In this document: piece after piece, positions 16,950 to 24,347 of the stretch
Layout of the letters: each line of letters begins with the position of its first letter
Position numbering within the stretch: position 1 is the first letter of the stretch
Source: a virus
Taxonomy: Duplodnaviria > Caudoviricetes
IMG/VR virus record: IMGVR_UViG_3300031470_000049
Coordinates: 1 to 36,619 of that record
DNA length: 36,619 nt
Reading direction: 5' to 3' (one strand)
Position numbers and translations under genes: made by a program
Notes under the pieces: model-generated
What the model was told of the DNA's origin: nothing
The model's database searches: none
Seen by the model: the letters and a program-made list of their open reading frames with translations, nothing else

Positions 16950-17407
16950 CGGCCGCCCGCCTCGATCTTCGCTATCAGCCGCTCGACGATCTCCATCTGC
17001 CGATGCGAAAGGCGGTGCCGTGTCCCTCGCAGGCTGGCGACGATCGACTCCGCGAACTCGACCTCCCAAGGCGTCAGCGGCGAGCTGCCATCATCGATCC
17101 CATCTTGCAGGGCATCGATGATGTCGCGACGCTGGATCATGCCAATCTCGATCCAGTCGGGCTGGCCCTGGCCGCGACGCTTGCGCGGCCGGGTCGGCTT
17201 CGAAGGTGGCGCGTCGCGATTGAGCACGACGGGTTGCGGTGCGTGCTCTATCCGGTGCGCTAAGTCGTCAAGGACCAGACCGGCGCCGCCGAGCACGCGG
17301 TTGATCGCGCGGGCGGCGCCGAGCGCCTCTCCGTCGTGGTTCGAGCCGAGCAGTCTTACGAGCTGCCCGATACGTGGCAGGATGGCGTCGGGGATGGCCG
17401 TCATCAT
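16946..17407 (-). CDS. Hypothetical protein with SxHDGE N-terminal domain
   Basis: RIGQLVRLLGSNHDGEALGAARAI...LDDLA; C-terminal LTPWEVEFAESI...LSHRQ. Confidence 0.75.
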   Translation of the reverse strand: MMTAIPDAILPRIGQLVRLLGSNHDGEALGAARAINRVLGGAGLVLDDLAHRIEHAPQPVVLNRDAPPSKPTRPRKRRGQGQPDWIEIGMIQRRDIIDALQDGIDDGSSPLTPWEVEFAESIVASLRGTRHRLSHRQMEIVERLIAKIEAGGR

Positions 17408-17667
17408 CGGCCCACCCCTCCGAGCTTCGCGCCGGCCGCCGCCAACGCGGCCACGACGCGGCCGACAGCCTCGGAACGGATCGTCGTCCGGTGATCGCCA
17501 GGAGTCTCGCGCCAGTCCGGAGCCAAGGCGATATGGCGGACCTCGACCATCTCCACTCCGTCCTGCCGGACGAGCGCAACCCGAAGTCCTTTCCGACGTG
17601 TGGTCGGGATGGTGGCGAGCACCTCAATGATCTCGACCGCCGCCGCCGTGTGATGCCGGGGATTCAC
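17404..17667 (-). CDS. PC4/p15-like ssDNA-binding protein
   Basis: LATIPTTRRKGLRVAL...VEVR...TP....TI......VVAAL pattern; upstream of the primase. Confidence 0.55.
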   Translation of the reverse strand: MNPRHHTAAAVEIIEVLATIPTTRRKGLRVALVRQDGVEMVEVRHIALAPDWRETPGDHRTTIRSEAVGRVVAALAAAGAKLGGVGR

Positions 17668-17912
17668 GGGGCGTCCCCATCGGTCAGACCGTCGACGATC
17701 GCCCGCACGGCATCAGCACCAGGGCTGAACCGCAGGGGCCACTTACCTTCGTCGCGCAGGACGATCGCGAACTCGGCCGCCTCGCCCTCGCTGGCGAAGT
17801 CGTAATGACGCCGGACGGACGGGCTGCGCGTCGTGATCCGCCAACCCTGATCAGTATTCTCGATTCGGGCGATCGGAAGAGGTGTGGGAAGCGTCACAAT
17901 ATCGGCGCTCAT
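17664..17912 (-). CDS. Hypothetical protein
   Basis: 82 aa, translationally coupled in the operon. Confidence 0.6.
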   Translation of the reverse strand: MSADIVTLPTPLPIARIENTDQGWRITTRSPSVRRHYDFASEGEAAEFAIVLRDEGKWPLRFSPGADAVRAIVDGLTDGDAP

Positions 17913-18118
17913 GATTGCGCCTCAGCAGCTTCGGCAATTCGGGAGCTGACGCAGCCCGCAAGCAGGGCGGTGTCATCGCGGCGAGGTCGGCCGAACGCCA
18001 TTTCACTCAGGGCGGTGGCGACGGCGCGAGAGGCCTGGAAACGTCGGCCGAGGACGGCGAGACGGAAGTCGGAAGTTGAAGGAACAACGTAGCTTTGAGG
18101 GCGGTAGATAGTCAGCAT
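17909..18118 (-). CDS. Hypothetical protein
   Basis: 69 aa; purine-rich RBS; coupled to the next gene. Confidence 0.55.
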   Translation of the reverse strand: MLTIYRPQSYVVPSTSDFRLAVLGRRFQASRAVATALSEMAFGRPRRDDTALLAGCVSSRIAEAAEAQS

Positions 18119-18180
18119 GTCGTCTCTCTTTTGAGAGCGACGTCGCTTGCCAGGTGGAACCCAAAACGCTATCTCAGGCG

Positions 18181-18238
18181 TGCGAGGACTGAAATGAGCC
18201 GAGGGCCGTGGCGCGCAGCGTCGCGGCTTTCGTGTTTT
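18181..18238 (+). ncRNA. Predicted ~58-nt antisense RNA
   Basis: CTTGCC-N17-CTATCT promoter (18146-18174) and a plus-strand G-U hairpin GCCGTGGCGC-GCA-GCGTCGCGGC (18205-18227) followed by TTTCGTGTTTT. Confidence 0.45.
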
Positions 18239-18501
18239 CAGGCAGCCGCCTGATCGGACTCACCGGCGTTCTCGCGCTGCTGCGACCCGCCGCGGCCACC
18301 GGGTCGCACCCGGCCCTTGGCCCATTCGAGCGAGGAGCCCCATCGATAGGCCGCCCTGCCGTTGAACAGATCGTATTCGGGGCCGCCGCCGCGATGGCCC
18401 ATCGAGGCCAGCGTCGCCGGCGAAATGAAGTAGCCGGCCGACGTCAACGCAGCCGCGACCGCATCGCGGGTGAGGCGGGTATCTGGGTCGAGCTGGTTCA
18501 T
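18238..18501 (-). CDS. Excisionase/AlpA-like winged-HTH protein
   Basis: LTRDAVAAALT..G..ISPATLASM..RGGGP.Y..F.GRA.YRW...LEWA. Confidence 0.75.
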   Translation of the reverse strand: MNQLDPDTRLTRDAVAAALTSAGYFISPATLASMGHRGGGPEYDLFNGRAAYRWGSSLEWAKGRVRPGGRGGSQQRENAGESDQAAA

Positions 18502-18649
18502 GGGGTCGCCCTCTGTTCGCCTAGGTTGTGCTAGGCATGTGAGGGTTCCTAATATTCACGGGATTCCTGACGCGTCTACAAGCCGGAAGCCCAAAGTTGA
18601 CATCGAACCGGTTCGATGACGCTTTTTCACGGGGGACGGTCGAGACATT

Positions 18650-19450
18650 TCACTTGCAAACCTCTCGTTTTATGGATGGTGCAATAGCGATTCGCACCGT
18701 TGGTGCCCGAGGGGCTGCTTGGCCTTCGTAGTTCCAACTCCTAACGATGTTTTCGGCGATGGCCTTGCCGGACATTCTCGGATGCCGGGCCTTTATATCT
18801 ATTGCGCGCGTGACGGCGTACTGCTTCCACCTCTCGGCTGCCGTGTGTCGTACCTGTACGCTCTTCTTCCCCGCGTCGGACTGCCGGCGCTTGATGATCT
18901 CCGGAACCGCGCCCGTCTCTCCCGACACCGCTCCAAGTAGGAACCCGATCTCAAGGGCGGCCAGGAAGTACTGCTTCACTGCATCCCGACCGCGTGCGCG
19001 ATCCTTGTCGTCGAGCATCGCGCAGAACTCGGTCAGCTCTCGTCGATAATCCTTCAAAGTCTCGACATCGTCGGCCTTGGCGTGCGGTGCTGCGATGGCT
19101 GTATCGACGCTGCGCAGGATAGTGTCGATCAACCACGTGCCATCAGGGCGCGCGGCTTCCAAGATCTTGCTCATGCCGACGAAGTTCAGGCCTGGGATCT
19201 CGGCTGGCCGCTCCAAGCCGGGAATGCCCGCTATCCTGGAAGAGTTAAGGAGGCCCAGCATCTTGCTGACCTCGACATTGTCCGACCAAGGCGGAATTAA
19301 ATGCTTCAGGGCGGCGTCGTAATCGAAGCCCTTGGGAATTCCGGGGAGCGGGCCGGTATAGGGCGTGCGGATGAGCGGCTCGGAGGCCTCGGCCTCCGGT
19401 TTCGGATCGGTGCCGTCGCTATCGCGATCGGGATCGTGCCCAGAAGGCAT
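18650..19450 (-). CDS. Hypothetical protein (266 aa), possible C-terminal HTH
   Basis: CAGGAG RBS before ATG 19450; C-terminal HPRMSGKAIAENI. Confidence 0.65.
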   Translation of the reverse strand: MPSGHDPDRDSDGTDPKPEAEASEPLIRTPYTGPLPGIPKGFDYDAALKHLIPPWSDNVEVSKMLGLLNSSRIAGIPGLERPAEIPGLNFVGMSKILEAARPDGTWLIDTILRSVDTAIAAPHAKADDVETLKDYRRELTEFCAMLDDKDRARGRDAVKQYFLAALEIGFLLGAVSGETGAVPEIIKRRQSDAGKKSVQVRHTAAERWKQYAVTRAIDIKARHPRMSGKAIAENIVRSWNYEGQAAPRAPTVRIAIAPSIKREVCK

Positions 19451-19662
19451 TGTCGTCCGCTCCTGTGACCATGCCGCGCCGGCCGAGCCGCATGTGCCTG
19501 CCCCGACGCAGCGCCGAAAGGCGAAGGTCATATCACTACGATAGCTCTCGGCCTTTCGGCCGGTCACGACCTCGCCCCGCGCCAGCGCACGCCAGCCGGA
19601 TTTCCAAGGCCGCCGACCTGACGGCGAACAGCGCCCGGGCGGGCAACATGTGGACGTCCCGC

Positions 19663-19926
19663 TCACGCATGGCCGATCGTCTCCGCCGCCAGGAACTCGG
19701 CAACACGATCGACCGCGTCGGGATGCCGACGCCATTCCGGTTCCCACCGATTGCCGAGGTCGACGATGTCCTGACCGAAGCCGGTTCGCGAGCCGTGACC
19801 GAGGCAGAAAGCGGCGCGACCATCCCGGCCCGGCGGCAGGTATGTCACGGCGTAGCCTGCCGACCGGAACGCCTGGACGTAGCCCGCCGCATCAAAGGCC
19901 GGCAGAGCCGCCTCAGAGGCCGTCAC
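19663..19926 (-). CDS. Hypothetical protein
   Basis: 87 aa; GTGA overlap with the upstream gene. Confidence 0.5.
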   Translation of the reverse strand: MTASEAALPAFDAAGYVQAFRSAGYAVTYLPPGRDGRAAFCLGHGSRTGFGQDIVDLGNRWEPEWRRHPDAVDRVAEFLAAETIGHA

Positions 19927-20299
19927 GCCCGCCCTCCCGCTACCGTCTCGCGCAGCGCGCCGAGCGCGCCGTCGAGAAGGGACAGGATCAGCCGGTCACT
20001 CGTGTCACCTCCCGCCTCGTTGTCCAGCATGGTGAACTGCACGTGCTCCCTTCGGGCGTATTCCAGGCAGGCGATGGCACCGGGCAGCGTCGTGGGCCGC
20101 GTCGACAGGGCGAGGCCGTCGATCTCGGCCCAGCGGTCCATCATCCGTTCCTTGTCCTCTTCACGCCCATCGGCGTCGATCGCGACATGAAGCCGTAGGA
20201 TCTCGGCATGGTAGCCGGGAAAGGGATCGGCCGTGCCGGCGAGCGCCGCTCCGTCACCGATGAGTGGGAGCCTTGCAGGAAGGAGCGACGGTCATGCAT
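19923..20299 (-). pseudogene. Twin-arginine-leader hypothetical gene, frameshifted near its 5' end
   Basis: GGAGGG RBS; MHDRRSFLQG then shifts frame to LPLIGDGAALAG...MMDRWAE...PTTLPGAIA; span 377 nt, not a multiple of 3. Confidence 0.6.
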
Positions 20300-20303
20300 G
20301 GGC

Positions 20304-20663
20304 CTACCCTCCCACCAGCGGGCACCCGACAGCGCTGAGCACCACGGCCGCGCGGGTCGAGGGTTGCGGAGCGTCGGGCCAGCCCGCGAGCGGACGGCCG
20401 GTGTACGGCTGCCTGAAGTGATAGTCGGCGCCGGGGTTGTTCATGTGGGTGCAACCCTCGATGCCCTTGGCCAACCGGACGTCGTAGCCGGCCATCTCGA
20501 AGGACAGCATCCGGTGCTCGTAGTGCAGCCAGGCCTGATAGCTCTGCACCAAGTCCATCGTGACCGGCACCGCGGCTTGCGTGGGCTTACCCAGGATGGC
20601 CACCGAGCCGCCGATGAGCGGCAGGGTGGCGAGGCCGCGTAAGAACGAACGACGATCAGACAT
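20304..20663 (-). CDS. Hypothetical protein with twin-arginine-like leader
   Basis: MSDRRSFLRGLATLPLIGGSVAILGKPTQAAV...PSTRAAVVLSAVG. Confidence 0.7.
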   Translation of the reverse strand: MSDRRSFLRGLATLPLIGGSVAILGKPTQAAVPVTMDLVQSYQAWLHYEHRMLSFEMAGYDVRLAKGIEGCTHMNNPGADYHFRQPYTGRPLAGWPDAPQPSTRAAVVLSAVGCPLVGG

Positions 20664-21081
20664 TGGACACCTGCGATGTGAGGGGTTGAAGGATCCCGAC
20701 CACCCGGCCGAGGATTCGCTCCTCGAGCCCGCCGGGTCGGTAGGGGCCATCGGCCGCCGGGATCATGCGGCCGGCGTGCAGCCAAGCGTCGAACTCGTCG
20801 CGACTGCGAGGCCGGTTCAGGTTCATGGCCCACCACGTTGTCACGTTGCCAGCGGTACGCCAGACGGCCTGCATGATCTCGGGGCCGCGGCTGTAGGCGA
20901 CGGCGTAGAGTTCACCGTGCTGCAGATCGCAGTCGCCGGGATCGACGATCGCGACCTCGCCGTCTCGGAGGTGTGGGGCGTTCCAGTCGTCGCGGACCGG
21001 CAGGTCTCGGCACCCGTCCGGGACGGCGTCGAACACCGTCAAGGCGCGGAACCCTTCGTTGCGGGTTGTCGATAGGCTCAT
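20656..21081 (-). CDS. Stand-alone degenerate peptidase S24 (LexA/CI C-terminal-like) domain
   Basis: VRDDWNAPHLRDGEVAIVDP...GELYAV...ILGRVVG aligns by eye with V.GDSM.P...DGD.V.VD...I.GRVV. Confidence 0.6.
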   Translation of the reverse strand: MSLSTTRNEGFRALTVFDAVPDGCRDLPVRDDWNAPHLRDGEVAIVDPGDCDLQHGELYAVAYSRGPEIMQAVWRTAGNVTTWWAMNLNRPRSRDEFDAWLHAGRMIPAADGPYRPGGLEERILGRVVGILQPLTSQVSNV

Positions 21082-21296
21082 GCCGCCCTCCCCTTCGCAT
21101 CGGCCGACCCCGTGGGGTCGATGGCGAGCTGCAAGGCCCATGCGGTCAGGAACCCGTCGAGCGCATCGGCAAGACGCTGCAGCGCCGCAGCCGTCAGGGG
21201 CTCGGTGGCGGCCATCGCACTGCCTTCGTCGCGGATGGCTGTGGCGCAGTGTCGGGACGCCTTCAGGGCGCGCGCCAGTTCGACCCGGCGCATCAC
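21078..21296 (-). CDS. Hypothetical protein
   Basis: 72 aa, coupled at both ends. Confidence 0.5.
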   Translation of the reverse strand: MMRRVELARALKASRHCATAIRDEGSAMAATEPLTAAALQRLADALDGFLTAWALQLAIDPTGSADAKGRAA

Positions 21297-21802
21297 GACG
21301 GCACCACCGTCGAGTGCAGCCGTACGAGATCGTCGGCCAAGCTGTTGCTCACCTCGAAATGAGCGCAGTCCCGAACGGTCGGAACCTGCATGGCCCGGGC
21401 CTTCGCCAGGATGCCCACCATCGTGTCGGCCGGCGTCGCCGCCAGCTCGTCCTCGATCGGCCCGAAGCGCCCGATCATGGCGTAATATTCGGGGTGGCTC
21501 TCCTCGTCGTCGTCCATGCCGAGCGACGGGTAAGCCGCTACCCAGCGGAAGGCGGCCTCAAGCTCGTCGGCGATCGCCACGAGACGAGCATCAGCCGGCG
21601 CCGAGGCGGTGGTCGCGGCCGGGACGGAACCGGACGCCAGCAATCCTGCTCCGCGGGCTGCGGAGCCCGCCAGCAGCCCCGTGGCGGTTACGGCACCGAA
21701 GATCACCCGGCGCCGCGACAACGCTGCGGGCAGGCCCGGCAGCGGCGCCGGGAGAGGTAATAAGGGCTCGCGGACATGGCTCTGCCGTTCACGCGTCAGC
21801 AT
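21293..21802 (-). CDS. Hypothetical protein with internal twin-arginine-like segment
   Basis: GGAG RBS; LSRRRVIFGAVTATGLLAG...DARLVAI...PADTMVGILAKAR. Confidence 0.7.
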   Translation of the reverse strand: MLTRERQSHVREPLLPLPAPLPGLPAALSRRRVIFGAVTATGLLAGSAARGAGLLASGSVPAATTASAPADARLVAIADELEAAFRWVAAYPSLGMDDDEESHPEYYAMIGRFGPIEDELAATPADTMVGILAKARAMQVPTVRDCAHFEVSNSLADDLVRLHSTVVPS

Positions 21803-21844
21803 GTTCTCAGTCTCCGTTGATGGTGAGTGGGTTCCATGGCCGCG

Positions 21845-22039
21845 TCAGGCGGCGCGGCGGGACAGGTGGCACTGCCGTTCGGCTCGGACATCTCGGGCAA
21901 TGCGGGTCCGGAGGTCGGCCAGCGCTTCATCGCTCAGGGCGTCGAAGGTCAGCACGGCCGAGCCGAGCCGGAGGCGGTACTGCGGCCGGCACTCGGCCCA
22001 AGGTGCCAAGCCGGCGACGAGGCGGGCGCGGTGGGTCAC
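21845..22039 (-). CDS. Small hypothetical protein
   Basis: GTG 22039 overlaps the upstream stop (GTGA); ends RRAA. Confidence 0.45.
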   Translation of the reverse strand: MTHRARLVAGLAPWAECRPQYRLRLGSAVLTFDALSDEALADLRTRIARDVRAERQCHLSRRAA

Positions 22040-22188
22040 GATGGCAACCTTTTGAGGCGCACCAAGGCGAGGCCGAGGCCGGGGCAGCGATGGGCCCACC
22101 AACGGGCCGAGCGCAGCGTTTTCCCACGGACGGCCGTGGGCTTGGCAAGGCCGATGCCGTCCATGACGAGGAAGGTGCGGCGGCTCAC
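22036..22188 (-). CDS. Small basic protein with SRRTFL leader
   Basis: GTG 22188 overlaps the upstream stop; VSRRTFLVMDG... Confidence 0.4.
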   Translation of the reverse strand: MSRRTFLVMDGIGLAKPTAVRGKTLRSARWWAHRCPGLGLALVRLKRLPS

Positions 22189-22595
22189 AGCCGGACTCCC
22201 AGGGCAGCGGCGCGGGCGTCCACCGCGGTGACCGCGGCAAGATGACGGGGGAGGCTGTCGATCATCGAGGCGCACATCCGATCGTGGCGCAGCTCGGCGA
22301 TGAGCAACGCCGTTTGATCGTTGAGGATGGTTGCCGCAGCCTGTTCGGCATCGCGGGCAGCGCACCAGCGCTGGGTCTGGGCTGTCGACCATGCGGACTG
22401 GAGGGCGTCGCGCAGGGCGACCCTGTAGCGCCGAGCCTGCCCGAAGCTCGCCGCCCGGGCGACGTCGTCGCGCGCCAGGTCGTGGGCTAGGGCCATGATG
22501 GCGCGGCCATCGTAACGGCCGCCGGCGAGGAGCAGGTGGGGACGGGGCGAGGTGTGGGACGACCGCGCGGCGGGGGGTAATAAGCTGAAGGTCAT
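22185..22595 (-). CDS. Hypothetical protein, first gene of the leftward operon
   Basis: 136 aa; GRYDGRAIMALAH...ALQSAW. Confidence 0.65.
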   Translation of the reverse strand: MTFSLLPPAARSSHTSPRPHLLLAGGRYDGRAIMALAHDLARDDVARAASFGQARRYRVALRDALQSAWSTAQTQRWCAARDAEQAAATILNDQTALLIAELRHDRMCASMIDSLPRHLAAVTAVDARAAALGVRL

Positions 22596-22704
22596 TGTGT
22601 GGTTTCACGTTTGCCGTTACAATCTGACGGTAAGCGTGAGACGGGCCTTCTGTCAATCGTTATCCGTGAAGAAATCACGCCTAGCGTGAGAATGTGAGGC
22701 CAGG
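22596..22704. promoter_or_regulatory. Divergent promoter/operator region (switch)
   Basis: Minus strand TTGACA (22656-22651)-N18-TACCGT; dyads CCGT...ACGG (~22614-22630) and CGTGA-AGAAA-TCACG (22665-22679). Confidence 0.55.
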
Positions 22705-22944
22705 GTGATTACGGCGGCGCAATCCAGGGCGGCACGAGCGTTGCTCGATTGGTCGCAAACCGATCTGGCGGAGCGATGCAACCTGAGCGAAAGCACCATT
22801 CGCAATTTCGAGAAGGGTCGGGCTTCGCCTTCAGTCAACAATCTCGCGGCGATACGCCGAGCGCTGGAGGATGCTGGCGTAATTGTGATCGACGAGAACG
22901 GCCAGGGTGCCGGCGTGCGGCTGAAGAAGGCCGATCCCACTTAA
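22705..22944 (+). CDS. XRE-family HTH transcriptional regulator
   Basis: ITAAQSRAARALLDWSQTDLAERCNLSESTIRNFEKG...ALEDAGV. Confidence 0.92.
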   Translation: MITAAQSRAARALLDWSQTDLAERCNLSESTIRNFEKGRASPSVNNLAAIRRALEDAGVIVIDENGQGAGVRLKKADPT

Positions 22945-23018
22945 TTGGTATCAAAACAGTATATTGCTATCATCAAATTAACTCGCTATCGTGCAACTCT
23001 CTACCGGGAGGCTATGCG

Positions 23019-23618
23019 ATGGATGCGAGCAGTTTCATGGATGAGTTGATGGCGGCTGGCGGCGGTGGATCAGGCCGGCCGGTCGGGCGACCGAAGGGAC
23101 CGGAGAAAGAAAAGCTTCCCGCTCTCCATGTGCGGGACGTGCCGTCGAGCGTGAAAGATGCTGTGTCCGCTCTGATGGAAGTCGGAACGATCGGCTTCGA
23201 TGAGGACGGGCTTAGCCTGCGTTCGACCTACGGGAGCCAGGGCGATGCAGTAAAAACGCTGATGGTCTATGGGATGGCCCACGTGGCGCCGTATATGGCG
23301 GCGGAGGTGGAGCGCGAACGGCAAGCCGGTGAGGTTCACGGCGCGATTGTGCGGCGCTTCCTCGACGACATGAGCCTGCCTTTCGTGACAGAGGCGCACT
23401 TCCCGGAAGGCTCGGCCGCCCACGCCGAGATGCTGGCAATCCGGCACGATGTCGAGGAACAGCGGGGCGAGAACGCTTGGCTGTGCCACGGTTGGAACCG
23501 AGAAGAAGCCTTCCACGAATCTGCAGCGATCCAATGGCGCTTCGAGCGGCTGACGCGCGCGCATCGTGCGATCGGCGTTGCTGTTGAAGAGCACCTTGGG
23601 AACAGGCGGAAGCTCTAA
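23019..23618 (+). CDS. Hypothetical protein with GRP motif and RHH-like segment
   Basis: GGAGG RBS; GRPVGRPKG...LHVRDVPSSVKDAVSAL. Confidence 0.65.
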   Translation: MDASSFMDELMAAGGGGSGRPVGRPKGPEKEKLPALHVRDVPSSVKDAVSALMEVGTIGFDEDGLSLRSTYGSQGDAVKTLMVYGMAHVAPYMAAEVERERQAGEVHGAIVRRFLDDMSLPFVTEAHFPEGSAAHAEMLAIRHDVEEQRGENAWLCHGWNREEAFHESAAIQWRFERLTRAHRAIGVAVEEHLGNRRKL

Positions 23619-23620
23619 GC

Positions 23621-24328
23621 GTGAACGGCTCCTCCTCTACCGACCGCGCCGCGCCCGCCGCCCCCCATAGTGCCGACGTGCTTGATCTTCTCAGTGCATG
23701 GGCTGGTCCCGCGCCCGAGGCCCATGCCGACGTTGTCAATGATCCCCGGCACACCGCCGTGCATGAGGCCGGCCACGCCGTGATCGGCCGTAAGCTCGGT
23801 CTGCATATGGGGCAGACCACCGCCGTGCAGGACAATGACTCGGCAGGCCACTCGCTGGTGGGGGAACCCTACGCCACGCTTGATCGCTGGTGGCGCGAGG
23901 GCCGCCACCATCGCGAGTTCGGGTCCGTGGTCCGCGCGCGCGTCATGATGCTCATGGCCGGCGCCGAGGCCGAGATTGCGATCCTTGGACAGATGCAGGT
24001 GGTCGACGACATGACCGGCGACGGCGAGGACCGACGCGAGATCGAGCGAGTGATGGAGAGCCATCCCGGCGACCCTGCCGGCGACACAGACCGTCTCGTT
24101 AGGATGCGCCGCGCCACGCGCCGTCTCGTGCTCCGACATCGAGCGGATATTGAGCGGGTCGCGGCCGAACTGTACAGGCTAGGCACGATCAGCGGGACAG
24201 ATCTTGATCTCATGGTGCCTGGGCCACCAGCCCTGCCGTCTGATCCGATGCTGGAAGCCCTCATGGCCGCCGAGATCGGCGACGAACCGACGAGGATCAC
24301 TACATCGTCGCCTACAGCCACACCATAA
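23621..24328 (+). CDS. HExxH zinc metalloprotease (stand-alone M41/FtsH-protease-like domain)
   Basis: TAVHEAGHAV, LMAGAEAE, G.GED, IERVAAEL...GTISG motifs. Confidence 0.8.
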   Translation: MNGSSSTDRAAPAAPHSADVLDLLSAWAGPAPEAHADVVNDPRHTAVHEAGHAVIGRKLGLHMGQTTAVQDNDSAGHSLVGEPYATLDRWWREGRHHREFGSVVRARVMMLMAGAEAEIAILGQMQVVDDMTGDGEDRREIERVMESHPGDPAGDTDRLVRMRRATRRLVLRHRADIERVAAELYRLGTISGTDLDLMVPGPPALPSDPMLEALMAAEIGDEPTRITTSSPTATP

Positions 24329-24347
24329 CGTCCGACGGCCCGCGACC

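Noticed and set aside
21112-22245. 377-aa plus-strand ORF
   Set aside because: Arg/Pro/Gly-rich shadow of the coupled minus-strand genes
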